From: Paragordius varius
Taxonomy: Eukaryota > Animalia > Nematomorpha
Reading direction: 5' to 3'
NCBI GenBank assembly: GCA_964247055.1
Contig: OZ176058.1
Location: 3,658,001-3,722,000 of the forward strand
DNA: 64,000 bases
Part shown: in pieces, positions 1-13,472 of the stretch
Numbering within the stretch: the stretch's first letter is position 1
Layout of the letters: each line of letters starts with the position of its first letter
Translations under genes and position numbers: made by a program
Notes under the pieces: model-generated
Seen by the model: the letters and a program-made list of their open reading frames with translations, nothing else
The model's database searches: none
Told to the model about the DNA's origin: nothing

Positions 1-2032
1 ATAAAATTTGGCAAAATTGTATGATTATATTACGTAATAAACAGATTTGAAATTATAACTGGTTATTTTGAAAAGCGGCGGTCATTAATACATTTAAATC
101 AGAGGTATCCAACACGCTGCTTCGAGACTTTATGTGCGTCCCGCGAAAAATTTGGAATCCATAATTTACTATATGCTCATAAAGTTTGATTCTAAATAAG
201 TATAATGGGCAAAAACTAGTTAAAATTTTTTTATATAATTTATATTTGAAATTTAATAAATTATTTATAAATCCCCATATACATTTCGATTGCGGCATCT
301 AAAGATTTTTCGTCTCAAAATGCGGCTCTCGACGCCATTTGATTGGACTTCATTAAATTAAATGTTTAAAATTAATTTAATTATAAATATGCATTAGTGA
401 GGACAAACTTACAATAAAAAGGATGCCCTCTTTTTCTAAGAAATGTAGTTAAAATTTCAGCACTCAAAGTCACCGGGGCCACATATGACCCAAGGGTTGC
501 GTGTTTCCATGCTCTAGAAGTTTAAAACTGATTAGATTCTAAGGTTTTTATTAAATACAGGCTAGAGGGTTTAAAAAAATTTATATTTGACATAAATTTG
601 AGAACGAATATATTTAATCAAAATTCGGTAATGACAGAAATGATCAGCATCATTGAATTAAATGGAAAAAAGATTTTTATAAATTTTAAACATTCTTAAA
701 CCGTTTCCAGCATGACTTATAGTATCAAGTACGCCTCAACAAATATGCTAAAAATTAAATTTTGAAAAATTGCATTTGATATCAAAATTCAGCATATATT
801 TAAATTCTTTATCGCGTCCTGTTTTTTTTATTTTTTTAAAGTGGACGAGCTATTTTAGTAGAGCAAAAAAATTGGGTTCGGATCTTATAAGATTTTTTTG
901 AAAACATTGTTTTGCTTTTTATATATAGTTTATTATATAATCTCGTGAAATTTTTTTGGAATGAAGCCTCTAGCTTTCACCAAAAAATTATATTAAAAAA
1001 AATGCACAATTCCACCATTTTCGGATATGAAACACTTACGACAAAAATTTAAATAACTTTCTCAAATCACTCGTAACGGTCATCACCAAAAGCGCATGAT
1101 AATCCTGATATATATAAATTTCAGGAGTTATTTTTTTGCAAGTTATTTTTACTGCATAAAATATAAATGGAAACATTTTTGCATTGAGTTTTGCCAGTAA
1201 ATAATAATTTAAAATTTTTTTTTCATAAATTCCATTTATCTGTATATTAAACATGTTAAAAAGTATTTTTTTTGACGTGGTTCAAATAAAAAGCTTATTA
1301 TATGATTTCAATCTTTTTATAAATTCTAAATATACGATAAAATGATACTAAATCGTAATATCTCAAGTTTTATAATTACATTTTTATTTGATCTTAGTTA
1401 GTTTTACTTTTTGCCCATTTTTTTAACTTAATATTTCAAAAACTAGGTCATGTTAGCAATTAAAAATTTTTGCTGTAAATGAATTTTTTGGTTATAAGAT
1501 ATTTTATGGAAAAAAATTTTGGTTAAAAAAATTACCCTCTTTTTGCACACAGTGTTATATGGTAAATTTAAGAGCTTTAGTATGATGAATTTTGCCCAAT
1601 ATATGTTTTTTAGTTTGTTTGATTCTTGATTACAAATTGAATTATTACCTGATTTTTAATTGTAAAAAAGATTTAAAATTAGTCTTCAAAAAAAGTACGA
1701 AAAAACTTTATGATATACTATGATATTATATCTTTACCATTACTGAAAATATTTGTTAGGGGTAAGAGTTTGCGACAAGGACGACAAAATTTTATAAACA
1801 TAATAAATTATTTTTTTACAAGGTCCCATTAAATTAATTTACACTTACATTAACATAAGTTAAAAGACACTTATTTGCAAATTAATGGATTTGAAATGGG
1901 AAGTTAATTAGTGGCATAATGGTTTTAAAATTATTTTAACCGGGTGTTTACCTTGAACACCAAAATATAAATATCGTAAGGTTTCCAACTATTTATTTTC
2001 TAAAATAATAGTTTTCTATTCTTGTATTAATT

Positions 2033-3003
2033 ATGTGGTCGTTCTTCAACGTAAGTTATATAACTTTATATAATATGTAGAGACAAAGATCGGCAATACC
2101 ATGGGATCAGTCCTTAAAAGGTGTTCCCGCTATAAAATTATACGGTTTAATCTCTCAGGATACTCCGGACTCAATATTGTCCACAGGAACTACCATGTCT
2201 GTTGAATTTAGAAGTGCTTTCATTCAAGGTAAATATATTTTTTGAATGGTTGAAAATACCCAAAATCTAAAATTCGCTTAATACTTACATTTTAAAACTT
2301 TAACTCTAGGGCAAATAACCTAATAGTTGGAGGTTTAATTATATATTAAGTTAACAATACATAATACATTGATTAACCTTTTTATCAATTTTTGAGAGAC
2401 TGGTAATTGGTTTGATAATAAAGTGTTAAAAATTAAATGTTTTGTAATAATTTTTGATTGCATACGTAAAAGATAATTGTATGTAAATTACTTAAAACCA
2501 ACCATCACCTTATATTGTTTAGAAAAAGTTTTTAAACTCTCTTTCTCTCTATTTATTAAAAGGCTATTTTTCTTTGGTTACTTGTATTTTTATTCTTGCC
2601 CGTAATGACTAAAGATTGCTGAGGTGCGCGATACCTATTGGTATTGTCCGCTTTGTATTGTCATATATGAAAAATTATTACATGAAGCTATAAAACTTAG
2701 AACTATGCCTACGATAGGAATAAATATAAGATAAAGTGTATGCAACTATACAATTTATTCAATAATATAGATATTAACCTCTTTCGAAACGAAGGGTAAT
2801 AATGTAACTTATTAAAACACATATAAGATTCTTTTCAAGATATTGTCAACTTTATATCAAGTATTGTAATAAATGTGACACCCAAAGGTTTATGGGTGTG
2901 TTGCTCCTTAAATTTACCCTTATTATGTTTGAATTTTCGACAATTCCGTGAGTTTGACATTACCTTGAGAAATTTTCGAATTTTTTAGCATTTAAAGAAA
3001 TTA

Positions 3004-3063
<60 letters not shown>

Positions 3064-3291
3064 TTTGTGTTAGATGTGAAAAGCTATCCAAACCTCAATG
3101 GGAAAAATGTTAGAGTGGATGGAAAAAGCTACACAATTTCAAGTGTTAAAAATGGTATAGCCATTGGAAACGGAATTATAATAGGAAAGACAAATTCAAC
3201 ATACTTGTTTGTAGTTTGTGATGTGGCAAGCATAAACGAAGTATCCCCACTTGTTGAAACCACCATTGCGAAACTAAATGGAATCAAATAA
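2033..3291 (+). CDS. Divergent profilin-like protein, copy 1 (3 coding exons: 2033-2050, 2081-2228, 3074-3291; 127 aa)
   Basis: Hand-spliced GT-AG model with consistent phases (18+148+218=384 nt): MWSFFN|RQRSAIPWDQSLKGVPAIKLYGLISQDTPDSILSTGTTMSVEFRSAFIQ|DVKSYPNLNGKNVRVDGKSYTISSVKNGIAIGNGIIIGKTNSTYLFVVCDVASINEVSPLVETTIAKLNGIK*. The length and the exon-3 pattern (G-x-Y..., GIIIGKT..YLFVV..D..., C-terminal helix VETTIAKL) resemble the profilin fold. The only coding indel versus copy 2 is 3 nt and keeps the frame. Exon 1 depends on a 30-nt intron. Confidence 0.6.
3007..3060. repeat. (TA)n microsatellite just before the profilin exon-3 acceptor (paralogue ~13199-13242; others at ~25486-25522, 32944-32980, 40268-40298, 58747-58776)
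   Basis: Pure TA runs visible directly. Confidence 0.95.
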
Positions 3292-4449
3292 TTTATTATA
3301 ACAAATTCGACTAAATTATTTATTAACCTGTTTACTCCTTATCACAACTCTAAATTATTTTTCGCACTAAAACTTAATGAATATTGTGTTATTTCTAAAT
3401 AATTCCGCATAAATAAATGTATTTCAAATAACCTTGGTATATAAGTTAGGTTTATTAATTCAGTGTAATGCATTACGTATAATATGAGTAAAGGTTATCA
3501 TTGAATCGCTTATTTATACATTATAAAAATCTTAAGCAGTTGAGGGTAGCTTATGCTGCAAAAGCTACATGTAATAGATATAAAACAAAAAAATGCATTT
3601 CAAAGCATTAAATGAGGAGGTGATTATACATTTTGCCCATTATATCAGCGCAATAAATAAAATTAATGCAAAAGATGGATGCCTCCAAAATGAGATGAAG
3701 ATTTTTACAATTTTACATTTTTTCTAAAAAAATTTACATCAAGCGCCTAAAAAGGTTAAAGAGACATATTTTTAATGGCTATGAAAATATTTTTTTTGGA
3801 TATTTAAATTTTAAATCGCCGTGGGGCATAAAACCACACCCCAAAAGGTCATGAAGTGTTATTAGAGTGAAATCTTTTCAACAAACCCAATTTTTCACAG
3901 TTAATTTAAACTGAGAAATTGTAAAAAACCTAAAAGATACAAATATTATTTTAATATTCCCATACTTTTTAAAATTTAATATTTTAATAACAAAATGGAA
4001 AATAAAAATTTAAATGTTAACCTTTACCTTTTTACTTTTTGCCTGTATAATTTCGTTTTCTACTGTAAATTGGAAATTATATAATGGAAAAAATAACCGT
4101 TTTTTAACAGAAATTTGGGGAAAAAATATACTTAAATTTTTTAATTTTTATCTTTATAATTTATATTTTTAATCTACCCACTTAATACACAATGACCCCT
4201 TTTATCGCAATGAATTATACTAAAATAAAAATTATACGGACAAAACATCAAAACTAAAAGACAAACATTGTTTTAAAATTTGATATTGCATAGGAATTAT
4301 TTTAAAATTTTTAATGATATACAATGCTGTATACTTTTATTTAGTAATAAGATTTAATAATTTGTTCAAGTTGTAAAAAATATTTGTTGAAAAATGGACA
4401 AAAACAAGAGCTCTATGAGAAGAATACTATAATTATTTATGAAATTTTA

Positions 4450-4971
4450 CACTTGGATACAACACATTCATTTCAATCCTTCGATTCAAATTAGGGTCGT
4501 TAGATACCCCAGGCCTGTTAAATATTCAATACTTTAAAAAATGTGGAAGGAATTGAAACCATGGAAAATGTTTGCATTTATATAACATTAATAAAATGAA
4601 ATATAAAAAAAGTATTCAGAATACTTGATATTATTCATTTCAAACAAAATCCAAAGTATAAAAATTTGGTTATAAATGATATAAATACATTAGCTAAATT
4701 TATGAATAATACATAATAAAGCACTTTTTTTGACCTTAAATTTAGAAAATTAAATAAACACGATATAATGTAAAAAATGTGTAAAATAAAATTGCTAGTT
4801 TGATATGGAATTTATTTTTCAAACCTAAATTCTATTTAGGTTTTTTATTTATATAATTTTTATTAGGATAGAAGCATAAATTTTAATTAGGAACGTTTCT
4901 TTCAGTGGTTTTGAAAATATCAATTTGAATAGATTTTAGAATATTTAGATACCCTAATTTGAATCTGAGTG
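4450..4971. mobile_element. piggyBac-like family E copy (paralogous copy 14609-15135)
   Basis: Inverted repeats GATTCAAATTAGGGT (4483) / ACCCTAATTTGAATC (4951-4965); right flank TTAA, left flank TTTA. Confidence 0.6.
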
Positions 4972-6207
4972 TTAAAAATGCCAGGCTGGAAACTGCTTAT
5001 AAATTTAAACATCATTTATTAGGGGAAATTAAGAAAGATTTGGTTTTTCTTTCATCGCACAATCGTTTGAGTTTGATTGTTCCTAGTATAAAAAACTTCT
5101 GTTTTTTTTCAAAATAAAATTTTTATCGTGTTTAAGTTGTGGTAAGTTGTCAAACTCACAAATGTATTTTTATTTCATTAAACATTATTTGATAGTATTT
5201 TAAAACTTTTAGTCGTATAAAACGCATTCAGTTGATTATGTATTTTTATGAAGAATGCTATTTTAATATAAATCAACAATATTCATTCAACCTGTTTTCC
5301 ATTATATATATATAAATATATATATATAGATTATATAAATAGATTTCCATATTTGATCGTTTATATTTTTGTTTGAGGTTACCTTTTATTGTGATGTATA
5401 TTTGAATATATTTTTCTAATAAATGATTTATAATTTTTTTATACCATTTACAGTTCAAATTTACCCTTGAACAATTTAATACACAACCCTTAATCAATTC
5501 AAATTCACCCTTGAACAATTTAAATTTACCCTTAAATAAATTATATTGTAAAATAAATTTTGTTTAAAATTAATATAATGTGGAAAAAATAATTAAATAT
5601 GTCATAAAAATATATTTTATATAATGATGAGTTATATAAGCCCGAAAACATTTAATTTTTGAGGATGAATTTGAATTGTTAAAGGGTGAATTTGAATTGT
5701 ACATGGTATATCCCAATTTATTTTCATATTCTGCGATTACGAGAATTTATGTTTTATCAAATAAATTTAACATCACAATCATTTTTTTTTAAAAAAAAAC
5801 AAAAATAGCAATAAAAATTTGGTAAAAAAATTATGGTGGATTCAGATAAAAGTTAATATTTTATTTTTTTTTTCCATTTTCCATTAACAATTTTTTCATT
5901 TTTTCCATACACGATCGCGTTGCAGATTGGCCTACTGTTGTGTGAAATTAGCAACCATTAAAATGCATACTGTATAACACTATTTTTAAATAAAGGGCTA
6001 ATTATTAGTGTTTTTGCTATGTAAACACATTTTTACAATATAAGATTTTCGCTGACCATCGCCCACACTTCTTAAAAATTTTTTTTATTAAATATAATTT
6101 TTCGTTACTCCCATAGGGCTCTTGTTTTTCCATTCTTTAACAAATATTTTTTACGACTTGAACATATCCTTATATGGAAACCATTGAGTAATCCATGTAA
6201 TAAACTA

Positions 6208-6463
6208 CAGTAAAAATTTAAAATACACGGAAAAAAAAGTAATAATATAAAGACACATATTTTTTTCTAAAGACAACCATACTTTAAAAATCTTGATTTT
6301 TTTAATTATAACTTATTATTTAATGCAAAGTTTGAAATAGATATATTTTACTAACACATTCAATTTTATATGTAACAATCATAGTTAAATAGCTTATAAA
6401 GGAAATTAAGGTTTGAAAGAGTATGGTTGTCATATGAAAAAGATTGTCTTTACATATTTACTG
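6208..6463. mobile_element. Family A MITE (other outliers ~26597-26859, 32798-33112, 35277-~35836, ~39870-40448)
   Basis: TA|CAGTAAAAATTTAAAATACACGG ... TATTTACTG|TA with the internal AAGACAACCATACTT / AAGAGTATGGTTGTC pair. Confidence 0.8.
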
Positions 6464-9239
6464 TAAAATTAATCCAATGCCTATTTTCAATTAGGTATTA
6501 GGTAGGGCTTCTCACTAAAAAAACCATATATAAATTTAAAACTAATTTTCAAAAAATCTATTAAACCATACGATTGCTATTTTCTGCAGAAACTCATTTT
6601 TACAAAAACTCCTAAAATACTTTAATGATTGCTTCAAACTAGGGTTCCAGGCACAACGGTTTCACATTCTACATTTCTTAAAAATCTAGCGGTCCGAATA
6701 AAAAATATAATCACATGGACATTAATAAATATTTTATTTAAAAAAATAAAACTAATATGCATATTTCACCCATGTTATTTGCCAACAACTTTTAACTTAA
6801 CTTTCGTGGCCTTTTGGGGTAATTTTTACCCCAGGTCCATTTAAAATTTAAATACTAACACAAAATACTTTTGACATTGGGCCAAATTAATATACGCTTT
6901 TAGCCGCATGTTAAAAATATGAAATTGTAAAAAATCCTCATCACACACTTTTTCGCCGTTATTCATTTTAAAATCCCTAATGCAAGAGGATATGTATATT
7001 ATGCTTATAATATAGAGATAAGGGTTTATAATTATATTTAAACCAAGACAACTTCAAGCTGAAATCGCCCCATCCCTAACTCATTGGAATAATCCCGCCA
7101 CTGCTTTAATCGCAAAAAAGGTTTTAGAGATGGCTCTTTTGAGTATCTAGTCCGTGTATATCATTAAATAATGACAGAGCTCTTGCCTTTTTCCACAAAA
7201 GATTCTTTGGATAGCCACCCCCTTTCCTCCAATCTTTAAGACGAAGGGAGAATTCAGGTTAATAATCACCAAAAAAAAATACTAGCATTGTTTTCCGATT
7301 GCTTCAAAAAATTACCCAAGAAAATCGTAAACAAGTCAGAAAATGCATTATCAAGCACAGAGAGAACATTTAATAGCTTTTTGTAATAGTATATGATATA
7401 TAAGAATTGACCCTTTTTCCCCTTTGACTTATGAATTTTGAACCCAAACTATAATAAGAAATATAATGCTTATTATATAATACCTTTTTCAAAATGGTAA
7501 ATAACAACACAAATAGCTTCGACTCCACAAATGGAGAATAGTTATCAAATATATATGAATGAAGAAATAAAAAATAATCTGTTTATATGCATTACTTTAA
7601 AAAATAATTAATGCGTGAATAAATTATCTTGTCCTAACCCAAATCATAGAATCAGCTGTGTTGTGATTTTTCTATTTTCAATTTACTATTTAGTAAATAA
7701 TCATATACACCAATAGCAAAATAAAACATTCTTTAGTTTACAGACGTAATGTAAAGGGTTATGTGTGGATAATTTATAATGCCTATAATAGGATAACTTC
7801 CGAGTAGACGATATTCTTCCCAAATTCCGAGATAGTTCACCCATCCCGCCAACGGATCACGAAATAGATTGAATTTATATATGTTTACAATGTAAAAAGA
7901 TAATAATTATATGTATCTAAAAATATTTATATCTGTAAAATAGACATAATATAGGCCGTTTGTCCAAAAGGTAATCTAATAAATCTTAGATTGTTAAAAC
8001 AATCAACAGAATCATTAACCTAGTCAGCGCACAAAATTTAGGGGCTATATAAAATAGCTCTATGAATTATATATATTCTGATAGAATATATCCTAATTTT
8101 CATGTTGATTTTAGTGTTTTGTCTTACGAGAAATATAAGAAATGAAATTTACATTTGTGGAGTGGTTTCCACTTCAACAAAATATTTGGGCATATTTTCA
8201 TAAATTAATTTTTTGGGGAAAGCTAGATGCGTCATAAAATATCTTATATTATATATATAAAAGGATAACTTTGTTTTTATACAATTTTGAATTGTAAATG
8301 GGGGTTACAAAAGCCCAAAATTTGTTGGACTCATCTAAAACGGGACAAACAAATGCTCGAATACCGGATAAAAGTTAAAAAATTTTAATTCATAAATTAT
8401 TTTCTCGAAAATTAAATTTTTTGCCTTAAATTTCCATTTATATAGTAAAATTTTGATTAAGAAGTATGGTCGAAACGGTAATTATAGTTTAAGATATTAT
8501 GACAACACTTTTTCGATATAATTGTCCAGTGGTATATATAAAGTGTATATATTCTGATAGGAAAACGTGTCGGGATATCATGGTGTTATTGAATATGATC
8601 TACGAGTCAGTTAAGAATGTTTTTTTGTGGCAAGTGCTACAATCATAAAATGGTAAATTTGCCATTGAAATAATTTTTTTTGGTGAAAGGTACTTTATTT
8701 CATAAAATATCGCTAAAATACATTTAAGTACATATTTTTTTATTTTTAGATGTGGGCTTCGGAAATCCAAAATTTTTTCGCTGTTCTAAAACGGGCTAAT
8801 TTTTTTATTAATCTCAAAAATGATCGAATTCCTGATAAAAATAACAAATATATCCAAATTTTGATATCAACTAAAAATATTTTTGAAAATTGCAATACTT
8901 TTTTAATATAATTTTTGGCAAAATTTTGTTGAAGCGTAGACCATACTGTTTTGAGGTTGATAGCAACAGTATATAAACGCTTTTAAATTCAAACACTATC
9001 CTATATTATTCGATGATAGTAAACATTTTTAATCGCTTCAAATTTCAATTTTAAAGTTCGTTTGCTTTTGAATTTAGGTGAATTTTTGTAAAAAATAATT
9101 TATTTTTAAAAAATTTTTTAATACAACGGAATATTTTAACTAAAATTATGACAAATGTTCAGCATTATCAAACTATACAGATAATGTATTTATATGTTAA
9201 AGCGTTTTATACCGTTTTTATGGTGTAGAGCTCAATCAT

Positions 9240-9775
9240 ATAACTAAACTAGTAAGTTATCTTAAATAAAATTTAATTATCAAACATTGTTCTCCTAAAT
9301 TACATCAAAACTTATATTTTTTTACAGTTTTGTAGCTAAAAAATATAGAGAAAATTGGGACAGCATCAATACACGATTTAATCAAACAGCTGATTTTAAA
9401 TCAATAATTATTATATTAATGAAGGTAAAATGCATATTTAAGGCTTACTTTAGTTATTTATTTATTTATATTTTTACCATAAATTATTTATATTTGCCTA
9501 TCATATAAACGATTTGAAAAACATAAAATAAAAAATGGCGACGAAAAAGTTTGAGAGGAGTATTTTTTAATATTAGTTTATATTTTAAATTTTTTTTATA
9601 ATGCGCTTAAAAAGCTAAATAAAGCATCCTTTTAAATTCGTCCCAAAACTTTTATAATCAAGATTTCCAATAAAATCGCTATGGGATATAAGAGTAATCC
9701 AAAAGGAACTGTTAAGAACGTGCACAAATTTTACCATTTTCTGATATGAAGCAATTACTAGAAAAGTATAATAAT
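9240..9775. repeat. Interspersed repeat family D (other copies ~18690-19780, ~21250-21650, ~22760-23150, ~51380-51540)
   Basis: Shared blocks ATTATCAAACATTG, ACACGATT..AACAGCTGAT and AAAATGGCGAC..AAGTTTGAGATG. Termini not defined. Confidence 0.7.
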
Positions 9776-12235
9776 TTATAATCATTGTAAGCCATCATGA
9801 GTATCAACACTCCAATTGTAACGAACAAATCGCATACCACCACCCTAATTATTTGTGAAATATATCGTTACGTTTCGTATATATTTGATTGTTAAAGAAA
9901 AAAACTTAATTCATATGGTAATAATAGGGCTGGGTTATGTCTACAGTCATCATTAATGATGATAGTCATCATTATCAAAAGTGTAAAAAAGTATGTTGTA
10001 ACGAAAATAAAATTTGGCAAAATTGTATGATTGCATGATATTTATTACGTAATAAACAGATTTGAAATTATAACTGGTTATTTTGAAAAGCGGCGGTCAG
10101 AAATACATTAGAGGTATCCAACACGCTGCTTCGAGACTTTATGTGCGTCCCGCGAAAAATTGGAATCCATAATTTACAAAATGCTCATAAAGTTTTCATT
10201 TTAAATAAATATATTAAATGGGTGAAAACTAGATAAAAAATTTTTTATACAATTTATGTTTGATATCTAATAATTTATGGATGCTCATATACATTTCGAT
10301 TGCGACCTCTAAAGATTATTCGACTCTAAATGCGGCTCTCGACGCCATTTGTGTTAGATATCATCAAATTAAATGTTTAAAATTAATTTAATTAACTATC
10401 CTAATCATTAATTTATGTGTCTTGTATCATACTTCATAATCATGTTTGTAGGGATTTAATGCAAAGTTAAAGTGTAAGTGAAGGAATCATGGTGTGGTCT
10501 GAAAAATTATTTAGCAGTTGGTTTGTACTAGACAGAAATTCTACAAAGCCTCTGGTTGCTAAAAATAAGCATCAGTAAGGACAAATTTACAGTAAAAAGA
10601 TGCTCTCTTTTACTATGAAATGCAGTTCCGGGCAGCACTCAAAGTCCCGGGGTCACATTAAACCTCCCTGGTATAGTAGTTTTAAAACTGGTTAGTTTCT
10701 AAGGTTTTTATCAAATACAGGCTAGAGGGTTAATAATTGTATATTTGACATAAATTTGACGAATATTTTGATCAAAATTCTGTAATGACAGAAATGTTTT
10801 GCATCATAGAATTAGATGGAAAAAGGATTTTTATAAAATTTTAAAACGTTTTTGAACCGTTTCACCATGACTTAATATAGTATGATTTACGCTTCAACAA
10901 ATTTAAAATTAAATTTTCAAAATATATGCATTTGATATCAAAATTTAGCCTATATTTAAAATCTTTATCGCGTCCCGTTGTTTTTGTTGCCTTAAAATGT
11001 ACGAGCTATTTAAAAAAGCGAAAAATTGGGATTTTCGTAGCTTAATTAAAATTTTTTGAAAACATTGTTTTGCTTTTTATATGTAGTTTATAATATACTC
11101 TCAAGATAATTTTTGAAAAGAATCCTTTAGCTTTCACCAAAAAATTATATTTAACAAAAGTGTACAAAACTCACCATATTCGGATATGAAGCACTTACGA
11201 CAAAAATGTAAATAACCTTTTTATATCACTCGTAACGGTCATAACCAAAAGCATATGATAATCCTTATACATTTAACTAGCAGAATATATAATTTTTCAG
11301 ATTATTTATTGTAGAAATTATTTTCACCTCATAAAATAGTGAACATTTTTGTATAGTGGAAGTTATTTTCACTGCATAAAATATAAATGGAAACATTTTT
11401 GCATTGAGTTTTGCCAGTAAATAATAATTTAACATTCTTTTTCATAAATTCCATTATATATCTGTATATTATACATGTTAAAAAGTAATTTTTTGACCTG
11501 CTTCAAATAAAAAGCTTATTATATGATTTCAATCGATTTATACTTTATAAATATACGATAAAATGATACTAAATTGTAACAAGTTTTATCATTACATTTT
11601 AATTTGATCTTACTTAGTTTTACTGCCCATTTTTTTTAACTTAATATTTCAAAAACTAGGTCGTCGTCATCAAATAAAATTTTTTGCGGTAAATGAATTT
11701 TCTGGTTATAAGATATTTTATGGAAAAAAATTTTGGTTAAAAAAATTACTCTCTTTTTGCACACAGTGTTATATGGTAAATTTAAGAGCTTTAGTGTAAT
11801 GAATTTTGCCCAATATATGTTTTTTAGTTTGTTTGATTCTTGATTACAAATTGAATTATTACCTGATTTTTAATTGTAAAAAAGATTTAAAATTAGTCTT
11901 CAAAAAACTACAAAAAAACTTTATGATACACTATGATAATATATCTCTTGACCATTACTGAAAATATTTGTTAGGCGTAAGAGTTTGCGACAGACAAAAT
12001 TTTATAAACATAATAAATTATTTTTTTACAAGGTCCCAATAAATTAATTTACTCTTACATTAACATAAGTTACACTTATTTGCAAATTAATGGATTTGAA
12101 ATGGGAAGTTGATTAGTGGCATAATGGTTTTAAAAGTTTTTTAACCGGGTGTTTACCTTGAACACCAAAATATAAATATCGTAAGGTTTCCAACAATTTA
12201 TTTTCTAAAACAATAGTTTTCTATTTGTAATAATT

Positions 12236-13194
12236 ATGTGGTCGTTCTTCAACGTAAGTTTATATAATATGTAGAGACAAAGATCGGCAATACCATGGGA
12301 TCAGTCCTTAAAAGGTGTTCCCGCTATAAAATTATACGGTTTAATCTCTCAGGATACTCCGGACTCAATATTGTCCACAGGAACTACCATGTCTGAACTT
12401 AGAAGTGCTTTCATTCAAGGTAAATATATTTTTTGAATGGTTTAAAATACCAAAAATCTGAAATTCGCTTAATACTTACATTTTAAAACTTTAACTCTAG
12501 GGCAAATAACCTAATAGTAGGAGGTTTAATTATATATTAAGTTAACAATACATAATACATTGATTAACCTTTTTATCAATTTTTGAGAGACTGGTAATTG
12601 GTTTGATAATAAAGTGTTAAAAATTAAATGTTTTGTAATAATTTTTGATTGCATACGTAAAAGATAATTGTATGTAAATTACTTAAAACCAACCATCACC
12701 TTATATTGTTTAGAAAAAGTTTTTAAACTCTCTTTCTCTCTATTTATTAAAAGGCTATTTTTCTTTGGTTACTTGTATTTTTATTCTTGCCCGTAATGAC
12801 TAAAGATTGCTGAGGTGCGCGATACCTATTGGTATTGTCCGCTTTGTATTGTCATATATGAAAAATTATTACATGAAGCTATAAAACTTAGAACTATGCC
12901 TACGATAGGAATAAATATAAGATAAAGTGTATGCAACTATACAATTTATTCAATAATATAGATATTAACCTCTTTCGAAACGAAGGGTAATAATGTAACT
13001 TATTAAAACACATATAAGATTCTTTTCAAGATATTGTCAACTTTATATCAAGTATTGTAATAAATGTGACACCCAAAGGTTTATGGGTGTGTTGCTCCTT
13101 AAATTTACCCTTATTATGTTTGAATTTTGGACAATTCCGTGAGTTTGACATTACCTTGAGAAATTTTCGAATTTTTTAGCATTTAAAGAAATTA

Positions 13195-13244
<50 letters not shown>

Positions 13245-13472
13245 TTTGTGTTAGATGTGAAAAGCTATCCAAACCTCAATGGGAAAAATGTTAGAGTGGA
13301 TGGAAAAAGCTACACAATTTCAAGTGTTAAAAATGGTATAGCCATTGGAAACGGAATTATAATAGGAAAGACAAATTCAACATACTTGTTTGTAGTTTGT
13401 GATGTGGAAAGCATAAACGAAGTATACCCACTTGTTGAAACCACCCTTGCGAAACTAAATGGAATCAAATAA
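12236..13472 (+). CDS. Divergent profilin-like protein, copy 2 (exons 12236-12253, 12275-12419, 13255-13472; 126 aa)
   Basis: Paralogue of 2033-3291 with the same splice sites. Differs by deletion of one Val (SVEF to SEL) and by F>L, A>E, S>Y, I>L. Exon 1 depends on a 21-nt intron. Confidence 0.6.

Larger units (their letters stand above)
1..9775. repeat. Tandem segmental duplication, copy 1 (probably begins upstream of the window)
   Basis: 1-~5935 aligns by eye to 10007-~16935, and ~8872-9775 aligns to ~16985-19770. Segment 5936-8870 has no counterpart in copy 2. Confidence 0.92.

Noticed and set aside
2101-2205. Alternative ATG frame MGSVLKRCSRYK.. in profilin exon 2
   Set aside because: It stops before the donor in both copies; the other frame is open through the donor and joins exon 3 in phase.
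7045-7380. Possible Penelope/GIY-YIG relic (GYPKNLLWKKA on the minus strand)
   Set aside because: It is a single short motif with no supporting neighbouring motifs, and all frames are interrupted.
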